Origin: Candidatus Moraniibacteriota bacterium
Lineage (GTDB): Bacteria; Patescibacteriota; Minisyncoccia; Moranbacterales; UBA1568
Assembly (NCBI GenBank): GCA_018499985.2
Contig: JAHBAT020000015.1
Location: forward strand, 17,059 to 81,058
Direction: 5' to 3'
DNA length: 64,000 bases
Shown here: in pieces, positions 27,468-37,303 of the stretch
How the letters are laid out: every line of letters starts with the position of its first letter
Position numbering within the stretch: position 1 is the stretch's first letter
Notes under the pieces: model-generated
What the model saw: the letters and a program-made list of their open reading frames with translations, nothing else
Databases searched by the model: none
Told to the model about the DNA's origin: nothing
Program-made: the position numbers and the translations under genes

Positions 27468-27607
27468 ACGCGCTCTTGGGACACCTTAGCAAACCACGAT
27501 AAGTGGTGTATTCTATAGAGGTGATAACAAAAAACCGTTTCGTGATTTTTATTGGAACCTTTTCAAGAAGATTCGGTACATAAACGAGGTCAACGTACCT
27601 CAATGCC

Positions 27608-28894
27608 ATGAATATTCTCATCGACGCTCTAGCCAACTTTGCCACTTCACTTGCAGCTGCTGCGAGTATTTTTTACTATGTTTGGTTTATTGTTTTACCA
27701 CCGTTTCTCTACTATATCTTTATGCTTCTCTGGATGCCGCATGTCTGGCATAAGTTTGGAGATAAACAGTCGAGCATTCTCCTTGAGATCATCCCGCCAC
27801 GTGATATAGAAGCGAGTCCGCTTCCTATGGAGTATATCTTTGCTGGTATTGCTGGTATCAAGAGTAGCCCAATGGTCACAGAAGAGTATATTGATGGTGA
27901 CTACGGAGAAGGCTTTTCGCTAGAAATTGCTAGTATCGAGGGTCAGGTCCATATGTATATTCGTTGTCGCAAAAAGACACGTAATGTCGTAGAAGCACAT
28001 TTTTATGGACAGTATCCAAACGTAGAGCTTGTAGAGGTGCCAGACTACACAGAGCTTGTACCACGTACAGCACCAAACAAAGACTGGAATGTCTGGGGTA
28101 CAGATTTTGAATTGGTCAAAGATGATCTTTATCCTATTCGCACATACCGTCATTTTGAAGAATCAGTGACTGGTAAGATGCTTGACCCTCTCGCGGGTAT
28201 TATAGAAATCATGAGCAAGGGTGGTCCTGGTCAGCATATGTGGTTTCAGATTCTCGTGAGCTTCGAAGATGAAAGTTGGTATTCGACAGGGCGGGCTACA
28301 GTAGATGATTTTATCGGTAAGAAGGCGCCACATAAGCAGGGTGCTTTAGAGAAGTTTTTCTCTGATATCAAAGATATTTTCTTGAATATCTTGCCAGCCA
28401 TTTTGGGAGGGGAGCTTCATCATAGCGGTAGTCATGCAGAAGAAAAGAAAGAGTTTGATGAACAAAAAATTACTCATGGTCAGAAAGAGATTATCAAGGC
28501 TCTCGAAGAAAATCTTGGTAAGATGATGTTTCGTACCAAGATGCGCTATGTCTACGTGGGGCGACGCGAAGGCTATGATAAGGCCACGTGTATTTCTGGC
28601 TTCATCGGAGGTATCAAGCAGTTCAATGATCAAAACCTCAACAGCTTCAAACCCAACAATGATACCAAGACAAAAGCAGAGTTTATCTTTGCCGAGTCAC
28701 GTTTGCGCTATATGCAACGACGCATCTTCCGTCGCTATATCGATCGAGATCCACAGCCGTACGATGTGCGCTTTCTCTTGAGTAGTGAAGAATTGGCAAC
28801 TATTTTTCATATCCCAGACATGTCAGTGACTGCTCCAGCCTTGAGTCGTGTCGTAGCGAAGCGTGGTGGAGCTCCAACTAATTTACCTATTTAA
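27608..28894 (+). CDS. Membrane-anchored hypothetical protein, partner of the downstream ATPase
   Basis: N-terminal TM; LLEI.PP, FSLEIAS, YPIRTY, LSSEELATIFHIP, APTNLP; 9 nt before next gene. Confidence 0.75.
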   Translation: MNILIDALANFATSLAAAASIFYYVWFIVLPPFLYYIFMLLWMPHVWHKFGDKQSSILLEIIPPRDIEASPLPMEYIFAGIAGIKSSPMVTEEYIDGDYGEGFSLEIASIEGQVHMYIRCRKKTRNVVEAHFYGQYPNVELVEVPDYTELVPRTAPNKDWNVWGTDFELVKDDLYPIRTYRHFEESVTGKMLDPLAGIIEIMSKGGPGQHMWFQILVSFEDESWYSTGRATVDDFIGKKAPHKQGALEKFFSDIKDIFLNILPAILGGELHHSGSHAEEKKEFDEQKITHGQKEIIKALEENLGKMMFRTKMRYVYVGRREGYDKATCISGFIGGIKQFNDQNLNSFKPNNDTKTKAEFIFAESRLRYMQRRIFRRYIDRDPQPYDVRFLLSSEELATIFHIPDMSVTAPALSRVVAKRGGAPTNLPI

Positions 28895-28903
28895 AGTTCT
28901 CTC

Positions 28904-30913
28904 ATGGCACACATACCAGAAAATGAAATTACTTTTTTTGCCAAGACAAACTTCCGTAATCAGGATGTGGCTTTTGGTATCAAGACCGATGACCGTCGTC
29001 GTCATATGTATGTGATTGGTAAGACTGGTATGGGCAAGACCAATCTTTTGGAAAACCTGGCTATTCAAGATATCCAAAAAGGTCACGGTATCGCTTTCAT
29101 CGATCCTCATGGTGATACCGCTGAAAAGCTGATTAAGGCTATTCCAAGTAACCGTATCAATGACGTCATCTATTTCAATCCAGCTGATCAGGCTTACCCA
29201 ATTGCTTTCAATGTGATGGAATCTGTAGATCCAGAATTTCGTCACTTGGTGGCTTCTGGTTTGGTAGGTGTTTTCAAAAAAATCTGGGCGGACTCATGGG
29301 GACCGCGCTTGGAGTACATCTTGCGCAATGCTATCTTGGGACTCCTTGAGTCACCGGGGACCACTCTTCTGGGAGTGACGCGTATCTTGGTAGATAAGTC
29401 GTATCGTGAGCGTATTGTCGAAAAAATTACCGACCCGGTGGTCAAAAGTTTCTGGGTGGATGAGTTTACTCAATGGAATGAACGTACGTTGGCTGAGGTG
29501 ATTTCGCCGATTCAAAACAAGGTAGGGCAGTTTCTCTCAAATTCATTGGTGCGAAACATTGTCGGTCAGCCAAACTCTACCTTCGATGTGCGTAAGGCTA
29601 TGGATGAACGGAAAATTCTCATCATGAACTTGTCTAAGGGTCGCCTGGGAGAAGATAACAGCGCCCTCTTAGGAGCGATGATGATTACTAAGATTCAGCT
29701 TGCAGCGATGGGTCGTGTAGATATTCCAGAAGATACTCGTGCAGACTTCTACCTCTATGTAGATGAGTTTCAAAACTTTGCGACAGAATCTTTTGCCAAT
29801 ATTTTGTCTGAAGCTCGTAAGTATCACTTGAACCTAATTCTTGCTAATCAGTACGTCACTCAGATTGATGAAAAAGTACGTGATGCTATATTTGGTAACG
29901 CTGGTAGTATCGTGTCTTTTCGTGTAGGTGCGACGGATGCAGAATTTCTTGAGAAGGAATTTGAGCCAGTGTTTGTAGCCAATGATATTGTCAATCTGCC
30001 AAAGTTTCAGATTTATCTCAAGCTCATGATTGACGGTATAGCGGGAGATGCTTTTAGTGCGACGACTTTGCCACCGATTGCCCTCACCGATGCTGGGAAC
30101 GAAGAAAAAATTATCACCATGTCTCGAGAGCGCTATGCCGGAACAAAGGCTGAGGTGGAAGACAAGATTCGTCGTTGGAGCGGACTCCTGACAGAAGAAG
30201 AAAAGCAGGCTTTATACAAAAATATTGCCGAAAAAGGACCGGTGAAGAGTGAGCGCTTAGCAGAGAATGCACCCGCACCTGTCAAAAAGGCAGCTCCTAA
30301 ACCCGCACCAAAACCTGCACCTAAGCCAGTAACGAAGAAGGTAGAACCAGTAGTGGCACCAAAACCGCTAGAAGAATTAGTAGTCGAAAAAGTGGTAGAA
30401 AAACCTGTAGCTTCACCAGCGCCGGTAGTAGATTCTCAGTCAGGTGTGTCCGAGGAGCGTATGGAAATACGTAGAGAAACACCTCAGGTAGAGGTTTTGC
30501 AAACAGAAGAAGCACCTCTACAGACTGAAGAGAAAGTAATGTACGATACCAATTGTGCTACTTGTGACATCGACATCCAAGTTCCTTTTAAGCCAGATGG
30601 CAATCGTCCAACGTTTTGTAAGGATTGTCTGCGTGACTATCAGCGAGCGACCGCCAAGGCACGGCTCGAGATTGAACGTAAGAATAATCCGCAACCAGAG
30701 GCAAAGCCAAAGCCAGTAGGTGGCAATAGCAAGTCGTATCCACAAAAAGGAGAGCGTCATATCTATGCTCCAAAAGATAAACCGATGGCCTTATCTCAGA
30801 CTCGTACAGTCGCGCCTAAGAAGTTTAAAGGGGGTCTTCGTCAAAAGCCCCAAGTTAATCTTGAAGAGCTTCGCTCACTGATCGATGCTACACGGGAATC
30901 CACAGAGGTATAA
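28904..30913 (+). CDS. TraG/VirD4/HerA-like DNA translocase ATPase with C-terminal CxxC-x17-CxxC domain
   Basis: HMYVIGKTGMGKT, IDPHGD, LYVDEFQNF, SEARKY, ANQY, IFGN; Pro/Lys linker; CATC...PFKP...RPTFCKDC. Confidence 0.88.
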   Translation: MAHIPENEITFFAKTNFRNQDVAFGIKTDDRRRHMYVIGKTGMGKTNLLENLAIQDIQKGHGIAFIDPHGDTAEKLIKAIPSNRINDVIYFNPADQAYPIAFNVMESVDPEFRHLVASGLVGVFKKIWADSWGPRLEYILRNAILGLLESPGTTLLGVTRILVDKSYRERIVEKITDPVVKSFWVDEFTQWNERTLAEVISPIQNKVGQFLSNSLVRNIVGQPNSTFDVRKAMDERKILIMNLSKGRLGEDNSALLGAMMITKIQLAAMGRVDIPEDTRADFYLYVDEFQNFATESFANILSEARKYHLNLILANQYVTQIDEKVRDAIFGNAGSIVSFRVGATDAEFLEKEFEPVFVANDIVNLPKFQIYLKLMIDGIAGDAFSATTLPPIALTDAGNEEKIITMSRERYAGTKAEVEDKIRRWSGLLTEEEKQALYKNIAEKGPVKSERLAENAPAPVKKAAPKPAPKPAPKPVTKKVEPVVAPKPLEELVVEKVVEKPVASPAPVVDSQSGVSEERMEIRRETPQVEVLQTEEAPLQTEEKVMYDTNCATCDIDIQVPFKPDGNRPTFCKDCLRDYQRATAKARLEIERKNNPQPEAKPKPVGGNSKSYPQKGERHIYAPKDKPMALSQTRTVAPKKFKGGLRQKPQVNLEELRSLIDATRESTEV

Positions 30914-30962
30914 AAGGGTGGAATCTTTCAAAAAAGCATGATATTTGCTATAATTTCTTCAT

Positions 30963-31073
30963 ATGAGCTTTAGAAAAATGCACAAAAAAGCCTACGCTTT
31001 CTGGGTTGTCTCATCAGCCTTGGTGGTTTTTTCTATGATTTTGTTTTTGCTCGCTCCGTTCTTTTTGTATTAA
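30963..31073 (+). CDS. Small single-TM protein (36 aa; below ORF-track cutoff)
   Basis: MSFRKMHKKAYAFWVVSSALVVFSMILFLLAPFFLY*; basic N-terminus plus TM; TGCTATAAT upstream; 6 nt before ftsB-like gene. Confidence 0.6.
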   Translation: MSFRKMHKKAYAFWVVSSALVVFSMILFLLAPFFLY

Positions 31074-31079
31074 AAGAGT

Positions 31080-31472
31080 ATGCAGTCTCAAAAATGGATG
31101 ATGCGAATATTTCTCTTGTTCGCTCTCGGAGTGACTGCATGGGCTGGATTTGTATCATGGGGTCAACTCGAACGTCACAAACGTATCACTGATGAGGTCA
31201 ATGCTCTCGAGAAACAAGCCAAAGACATCGCCTTGGAAAATCAGACCCTTGAAGAGCGTATCAGTTATTTCTCTACTCGAGAATTTCGCGAGCAAGAGGC
31301 GCGCCAAAAACTTGGATTGAAAAAACCAGAAGAGACAGTAGTGGCGATTAAAGAAGATGGAGAGGAAGAGAATCCCAAAAGCGATAATCAGTCAAACAAT
31401 CAGTTGATCGAGACCAAAGAAGAACAACCGAACTTTCAAAAATGGTGGGCATTATTTTTTTCAAAAAATTAA
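31080..31472 (+). CDS. Septum formation initiator (FtsB/DivIC family)
   Basis: TM, coiled coil, EQEARQKLGLKKPEETV. Confidence 0.85.
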   Translation: MQSQKWMMRIFLLFALGVTAWAGFVSWGQLERHKRITDEVNALEKQAKDIALENQTLEERISYFSTREFREQEARQKLGLKKPEETVVAIKEDGEEENPKSDNQSNNQLIETKEEQPNFQKWWALFFSKN

Positions 31473-31480
31473 AATAATTT

Positions 31481-32578
31481 ATGAAGCTTACAGAACGAAT
31501 TAAACAACTGGTACAGAAAGAAGGTCATTCAGAAGAAGCGCACCCTTGGATATGGGCGCGTTTGTTTGTTTCAGGGGCAGTTATTGTCATAGTGCTTCTT
31601 CTTTGCATTAGTCTTATTTGGGTGTATGCCGTACCAAAGCTTTTTGGAGAAAGGGGTGCTGCTATACGTCAGCACTTGCCGTATCCTTTGGTTTACATTG
31701 CACCAGGAAGAATGATTACGTATGGTGATTTCAATGAAAACACTCGAGCAGTAAAACAGTTTTACCAAAACCAAGATTTTTCAGGTATTGGTTTGCGTGT
31801 AGATTTTACTACAGAAGAGGGCAAGAAGCGTCTCATGGTACGCCAAAAAGAAGCCTTGAACAAGATGATAGAAGATCAGGCCCTGATGAAGATTGCAGAA
31901 GAAAATGGTATTACCGTTACCAAGGAGGCTGCTCATGATGGTGTCAGACGTAGTCTTGATGAGTATGGTACAAGCGATCAGGTACAAAACGATCTCAAGC
32001 GTCTGTACGGATGGGAACTGGCTACTTTTGAGGAAAAAATAGTTACCCCTCAGTTGTATGAAGACAAGCTGCAGGCATTATTTGATGAGCAGGAGAAGCC
32101 AAATGAAAAAGCTTTGAATCAAATAAATAAAGCCAAAGAAGCTCTTGAAAAAGGTGACAAGTTTGATGATGTAGCCAAAGAGTATTCAGAGGGAAATACC
32201 AAAAATGAAGGAGGCTCTCTCGGATGGTTTCAGGTAGATGATCTCGCACCTGAACTTCAGACTGCTATTCCGAGTCAGGCGATAGGAGCACCAAGCGCTG
32301 TAGTAGAGAGTGATCTTGGATACCATATCGTGATGGTAGAAGAGATAAAAAAAGAAGACGGTAAAGATCTGTATCGTCTGAAGCAAATTTTTACCAAGAA
32401 GAAACTGTTTGTTGATTGGTTGGCAGAAAAGATGAAGGCTATGCATGTGTACGTGCTTTCACCTGAGTATCGTTGGAATCAGGATGAGGCACGTGTAGAG
32501 TTTAAGAGTGAATCTCTGCGTATATATGAAGAGGAGCTCTACAAGAACGCAGAGGGTGATGCACTTTTCCTTTTTTAA
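31481..32578 (+). CDS. SurA/PrsA-like peptidyl-prolyl isomerase chaperone
   Basis: TM anchor, SurA-N-like LNKMIEDQAL, parvulin FDDVAKEYSE...GGSLGWF...SDLGYHIV. Confidence 0.88.
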   Translation: MKLTERIKQLVQKEGHSEEAHPWIWARLFVSGAVIVIVLLLCISLIWVYAVPKLFGERGAAIRQHLPYPLVYIAPGRMITYGDFNENTRAVKQFYQNQDFSGIGLRVDFTTEEGKKRLMVRQKEALNKMIEDQALMKIAEENGITVTKEAAHDGVRRSLDEYGTSDQVQNDLKRLYGWELATFEEKIVTPQLYEDKLQALFDEQEKPNEKALNQINKAKEALEKGDKFDDVAKEYSEGNTKNEGGSLGWFQVDDLAPELQTAIPSQAIGAPSAVVESDLGYHIVMVEEIKKEDGKDLYRLKQIFTKKKLFVDWLAEKMKAMHVYVLSPEYRWNQDEARVEFKSESLRIYEEELYKNAEGDALFLF

Positions 32579-32600
32579 GTCGTTATAAGATTCCTCTCGT

Positions 32601-33896
32601 ATGCTAGAAAATACAAATAATGAAAATTCAGTCACTGAAGAAAAGAATGAAGCGGTAGTCAGAAAAGAATCCTCACAAAAATCTTGCAGTTGTCACAAAA
32701 AGGCAGGGAGAGGAGTATTTTTTCAGATCCTCTTAGCTGGTTTGGTAGGTGGGGGTCTAATGTTTGGTTTGGTGTCTCATTTTTCAGCTCCAGGCGCTGA
32801 AGAAACCCCAGCAAAAAATACAGGAGAGGTAGTATCAGTAGACGGTACACCCGTGGTAGAAGATGATACCCTGATACGTCTGGTAGAAAAGCGGAGTCCA
32901 GGGGTAGTGAGTATTGTTATTTCCAAAGAGATTACACAGACGCCTACCTTCGGTGGCATCCCTTTTTTCTTTCCGTTTAATAATGTCACTCCAAAACAGG
33001 ATCAGACAGAGAGTCAGCCACTTACTGAAAAAAAGAAAGTTGGAAGCGGTTCGGGATTTTTTGTTTCAGCTGATGGTCTTGTGGTTACCAATAAACACGT
33101 AGTGTCAGATGAAGCTGCTACATATACGGTAGTTATGAATGGGGGTAAAGAATTTGAGGCTAAGGTTTTGGGCAAAGATCCAAACAATGATATAGCAGTG
33201 CTCAAAGTAGAAGGTGTGGATTTTCCAGTCTTGCCTCTTGGAGATTCAGATGCTATCAAGGTGGGGCAAATTGCTATTGCTATCGGCAATCCTTTGGGTG
33301 AATTTGCTAATTCTGTCAGTCGAGGTATTGTCTCTGGTGTGCAACGTGATGTGACTGCTGGTGCTGGCTTTGGTCAGGAAGAGCGCCTAACAAATATTAT
33401 TCAGACTGATGCAGCTATCAATCCTGGTAATTCTGGCGGACCACTTTTTAATATCAATGGTCAGGTCATCGGAGTAAACGTAGCTGTTGCACAAGGGGCT
33501 GAAAATATTGGTTTTGCTTTACCGATCAATGATGTCAAGCGCATTGTAGAACAGGTAAAAACTACCGGACGCATTGCTACGCCGTATATCGGAGTCCGGC
33601 ACATTCTCTTGAATGAGCAAACAGCAAAACAATTAGACTTGCCATATAGCTATGGAGCGCTTATTCTTCGAGGTCAAAATATCACTGATTTCGCTGTTAT
33701 CCCAGGTTCTCCAGGAGACAAGGCTGGCTTGGTAGAAAATGATATTATTCTTGAAATCAATGGTAAAAAAATAGATGACAAGAGTACGCTCTCAAAGATA
33801 ATTTCAGAGTATAACGTAGGAGATGAACTTACTCTTCTTGTCTGGCATAAGGGCGATACCAAAGAAATGAAGATTGTCCTTGAAGAAAAGAAATAA
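32601..33896 (+). CDS. HtrA/DegP-family serine protease with PDZ
   Basis: GSGSGF, VTNKHVV (His), NDIAV (Asp), QTDAAINPGNSGGPL (Ser), PDZ. Confidence 0.95.
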   Translation: MLENTNNENSVTEEKNEAVVRKESSQKSCSCHKKAGRGVFFQILLAGLVGGGLMFGLVSHFSAPGAEETPAKNTGEVVSVDGTPVVEDDTLIRLVEKRSPGVVSIVISKEITQTPTFGGIPFFFPFNNVTPKQDQTESQPLTEKKKVGSGSGFFVSADGLVVTNKHVVSDEAATYTVVMNGGKEFEAKVLGKDPNNDIAVLKVEGVDFPVLPLGDSDAIKVGQIAIAIGNPLGEFANSVSRGIVSGVQRDVTAGAGFGQEERLTNIIQTDAAINPGNSGGPLFNINGQVIGVNVAVAQGAENIGFALPINDVKRIVEQVKTTGRIATPYIGVRHILLNEQTAKQLDLPYSYGALILRGQNITDFAVIPGSPGDKAGLVENDIILEINGKKIDDKSTLSKIISEYNVGDELTLLVWHKGDTKEMKIVLEEKK

Positions 33897-33937
33897 AGAA
33901 AATGTTAGGCCGCTCCCATGAAAATACTGTATAGAAT

Positions 33938-34699
33938 ATGATTTTCCACTTTGTCGTTTTTTTATGGTCAATTATCTTCTATCTTGCCTTGCAGATAATC
34001 TTGCATTTTTCAGGTGAAGTAACTCTTGGCTGGTACATGTGGAGCATCCTTCTTCTTTCGGTTGTGACGTTTCTTGCCATGAAGAGACTGACAGGGCGAC
34101 TGAAAGATTTTTTTCTGCCACTCTTACTGGCAGTTACTACACCGACACTCCTTTCGTTTATAGACAGTAAGGTAGAGCAGCAGATATTTGTGGTGCTTGT
34201 AAGTCTCATGGTGTACAGCGCTTTCATCGGTGCTTATCGCCTCAGGCAAGCGCCTAAAGATCAAACCGCAGTGGCGCTTATGCACACAGCCGCTCTTTCG
34301 GGTCTGTTTCTTTTTTATGCCAGTATTTATGGCTTTTACCTAAATTTTACTTTTCCACTTTGGGCCTTGATGGTTTTGTTTTTTGGAGGAACATCACTTG
34401 TAAGCTATGTTACGCTCATTGCTGGTGGATCCCACGCTGAAAGGAGATCACGAATTAAGCTTTATAGCGTACTTTTGGGCCTGACTCTTTCAGAGCTTGC
34501 GTGGGTGATTAGTTTTTGGCCATTTGGATACCTGACTACTGCCTCTATTTCTCTTATTTTTTACTATGTTGCTTGGGATATTATCTGGCATGCTCTTGAT
34601 GACGATCTGAGACTCAAGGATACACTGGTAAGAATGTCTTTCTTTCTCTCTTTGATAGGCGTGCTTTTATACAGTACCCCTTGGCGGATAGTAGTGTAG
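33938..34699 (+). CDS. Polytopic membrane protein of unknown function
   Basis: About nine TM segments; ELAWVISFWP motif. Confidence 0.75.
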   Translation: MIFHFVVFLWSIIFYLALQIILHFSGEVTLGWYMWSILLLSVVTFLAMKRLTGRLKDFFLPLLLAVTTPTLLSFIDSKVEQQIFVVLVSLMVYSAFIGAYRLRQAPKDQTAVALMHTAALSGLFLFYASIYGFYLNFTFPLWALMVLFFGGTSLVSYVTLIAGGSHAERRSRIKLYSVLLGLTLSELAWVISFWPFGYLTTASISLIFYYVAWDIIWHALDDDLRLKDTLVRMSFFLSLIGVLLYSTPWRIVV

Positions 34700-34790
34700 G
34701 GTTCGACCTATCAGGAAGGTTACTTCCGGTAAGGTCTTGCCAAAAAAAGAAATATGTGTTAAAAGTAAGTATTATTCTATCTAGTAATAT

Positions 34791-35966
34791 ATGACTTTAC
34801 CGATTAAAAAAATTCTCACTTTAGGTCTTTTTGTGGCCTTTATTTTTCTTTTAGGAGGCTTTGGAGGCGTCTTTTTTGAGCGTTTTGTCTTGCCTGAGCT
34901 TGCAAGTTACAAGGTTCTTTCAGATCATCCGTTTTTCAAAAAAACCACAGAGCGTACCACTATTATCAATAAGACAGAGCAGGTGGTGATTCGTGAGGAT
35001 GATTCTGTAGATAGTATTATCTCTCAGCCAGCCACAGCGGTGGTCAATATTGTGACTGTTTTTGATCAGTTAGATAGCAAGAAAAAAACACCCATCATTG
35101 GTGGTCGCCAGGTAGAGACCCGCACAGGAGTACTTTTGACTAATGACGGTCTTATCGTGACCTATACCAATGAGAAGCCAGCTACAGAGGGTGTGAAGTA
35201 TTCAGTCCTTCTGTTTGATGGCAAAAACTACGGAGCTCGTTTTGAGGGTTTTGATACTCTTACCAACTTAGCCTACTTTCATCTCGAAGATAGCCTGACC
35301 GTTCCCGCTATTGCCTTCGCCAATTCGGATGATGCTCGTACAGGTAAGCGCCTTGTGGCTATCGGCAATAGTTTTTCAGAGTATCAGAATCGTATTGCCA
35401 TTGGGGCTCTTCAGAACAAGAATCGTATTTTGAATCTGAGTGGTCAGTCAGTTTCTTCTTCTGAGAAGTGGGAAGGCGTGTTTGAGATGGATCTTGATAA
35501 TGCTAAGGATTTTGTAGGAGGACCAGTTATTGGATACAACGGTGAAATGCAGGGCATCATTGGTCTGTTTCCATACAACAATGACGTGGTGAAATTTATC
35601 ATTCCAGCCAATGTAGTGAAGAGTTCATATCAGCGCGTCGTAGCTGGGACGCTTGATAAGCGTGTTAGTCTTGGGGTGTATTATTTGCCACTGACCAAGG
35701 CTTTCGCTTTGAGTCAGGGAATTGACCGTGATCGTGGAGCACTCGTGTTTTCTCCAGGAGGAGAGACAGGCCTAGCTGTTCTAGCCAACTCGGCAGGAGC
35801 ACAAGCGGGACTGCGAGCTGGTGATATTATCATTGCTGTTAATAAGAAAGAGATTAATCTCGACAATCCATTGCCAGCGCTACTCAGCACTCTCAGTAAG
35901 GGTGATCGCGCAGAGCTCCTCGTGATACGAGAAGGCAAGGAAATTACCGTTTCGGTTCAGTTCTAG
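34791..35966 (+). CDS. HtrA-like pseudo-protease with PDZ
   Basis: Colinear with HtrA (AVVNI, GVLLTNDGLIVT, VAIGN, GGP, PDZ), but triad positions read TYTNE, NLA, FVGGP. Confidence 0.85.
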   Translation: MTLPIKKILTLGLFVAFIFLLGGFGGVFFERFVLPELASYKVLSDHPFFKKTTERTTIINKTEQVVIREDDSVDSIISQPATAVVNIVTVFDQLDSKKKTPIIGGRQVETRTGVLLTNDGLIVTYTNEKPATEGVKYSVLLFDGKNYGARFEGFDTLTNLAYFHLEDSLTVPAIAFANSDDARTGKRLVAIGNSFSEYQNRIAIGALQNKNRILNLSGQSVSSSEKWEGVFEMDLDNAKDFVGGPVIGYNGEMQGIIGLFPYNNDVVKFIIPANVVKSSYQRVVAGTLDKRVSLGVYYLPLTKAFALSQGIDRDRGALVFSPGGETGLAVLANSAGAQAGLRAGDIIIAVNKKEINLDNPLPALLSTLSKGDRAELLVIREGKEITVSVQF

Positions 35967-35973
35967 TAATACT

Positions 35974-36001
35974 AAAAAAGAGCCTTAGTAAGGCTCTTTT
36001 T
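35974..36001 (+). terminator. Intrinsic terminator
   Basis: AAAAAGAGCCTT-agt-AAGGCTCTTTTT. Confidence 0.85.
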
Positions 36002-36065
36002 CTTTGACACAAGAGTAGCCCTTCGCTATCATAAAGGGTGCAAACAACTAAAAGAGAGTACCGCT

Positions 36066-37298
36066 ATGCTACAGTCACAACTTTTTACCAAAACGAGAAA
36101 AACTGCTCCTAAAGATGAAGTCAGTAAGAATGCGGAGCTTCTTATCCGAGCTGGTTTTGTCTACAAGGTAATGGCAGGTGTCTATGCTTATACGCCGCTT
36201 GGGCTTATCATCTTAGAAAAAATCAAAAAAATTGTACGTGAAGAAATGAATGCTATCGGTGGTCAAGAGCTTATCATGACAAGTTTGCAGAAAAGAAGCA
36301 CTTGGGAAACAACTGGCCGCTGGGATGATGAAGCAGTAGATGTTTGGTTTAAGACAAAGCTCAAAGATGAAACAGAGATCGGTCTTGCTTGGAGTCACGA
36401 AGAGGCTATCTTAGAAATGATGCAGCAATTTGCAGAGAGCTATAAAGATTTTCCTATTAGCGTCTATCAGTTTCAGACAAAGCTTCGTAATGAGTTGCGA
36501 GCTAAGAGTGGCATCATGCGTGGTCGTGAATTTGTGATGAAGGACATGTATTCTTTGCATGCTACAGAAGAAGATTGTGACAGTTATTATGAAAAGGTAA
36601 TCGAAGCATACAAAAACTGTTTTGAGCGTTTTGGGATGGGAAGTAGTACTTTTGTTACCTTCGCTAGTGGTGGGGCTTTTACGAAGTTTAGTCATGAGTT
36701 TCAAACAATTTGCGATGCAGGTGAAGATGTATTGTTTGTAAATAAGGATCAGACAGTAGCAGTAAATGAGGAAGTTCTTGATGATGCAGTGTCTGAGCTT
36801 GGAATTAAGAAAGAAGACTTAGAGCCAGTAAAAAGTGCAGAGGTGGGCAATATCTTTAAGTTTGGGACTGAGAAGTCGGAGCAAATGAATATTTTTTACA
36901 CTGATCAAGAGGGTAATAAAAAGCCTGTGTATCTCGCATCATACGGCATTGGTATTACCCGGGTAATGGGTGTGGTAGTAGAGAAATTTGCTGATGACAA
37001 GGGTATAGTATGGCCAGAAAGTATCGCTCCCTTCAGGATCCATCTACTCTCTCTTGGGGTCAATGAAAAGGCCGAGGAGCTCTACAATGAGATGAAGGCA
37101 GCGGGCATAGAAGTGCTTTATGACAATCGTGATAAGGGCGCAGGAGAGAAATTTGCTGATGCAGATCTTATGGGTATGCCGTATCAGGTGATTATCGGTA
37201 AAAGAAGCCTAGAATCAGGTAAGGCAGAAGTCAAAAACCGCGCCACCGGAGAGACAGAAGAAGTGATGCTTAGTGAGCTTGTCAGTCGTTTTGTCTAA
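36066..37298 (+). CDS. proS: Prolyl-tRNA synthetase (short form lacking INS editing domain)
   Basis: LLIRAGF, HEE, YQFQTKLRNELR...MRGREFVMKDMYS, EVGNIFKFG, SYGIGITR, anticodon-binding domain. Confidence 0.95.
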   Translation: MLQSQLFTKTRKTAPKDEVSKNAELLIRAGFVYKVMAGVYAYTPLGLIILEKIKKIVREEMNAIGGQELIMTSLQKRSTWETTGRWDDEAVDVWFKTKLKDETEIGLAWSHEEAILEMMQQFAESYKDFPISVYQFQTKLRNELRAKSGIMRGREFVMKDMYSLHATEEDCDSYYEKVIEAYKNCFERFGMGSSTFVTFASGGAFTKFSHEFQTICDAGEDVLFVNKDQTVAVNEEVLDDAVSELGIKKEDLEPVKSAEVGNIFKFGTEKSEQMNIFYTDQEGNKKPVYLASYGIGITRVMGVVVEKFADDKGIVWPESIAPFRIHLLSLGVNEKAEELYNEMKAAGIEVLYDNRDKGAGEKFADADLMGMPYQVIIGKRSLESGKAEVKNRATGETEEVMLSELVSRFV

Positions 37299-37303
37299 TA
37301 TAT

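Noticed and set aside
30270..30365. Tandem PAPK-encoding repeats
   Set aside because: Low-complexity linker with synonymous variation, not a DNA repeat array.
28904..30913. Conjugative element/ICE
   Set aside because: No relaxase, VirB-like genes, integrase or att sites; core-gene context.
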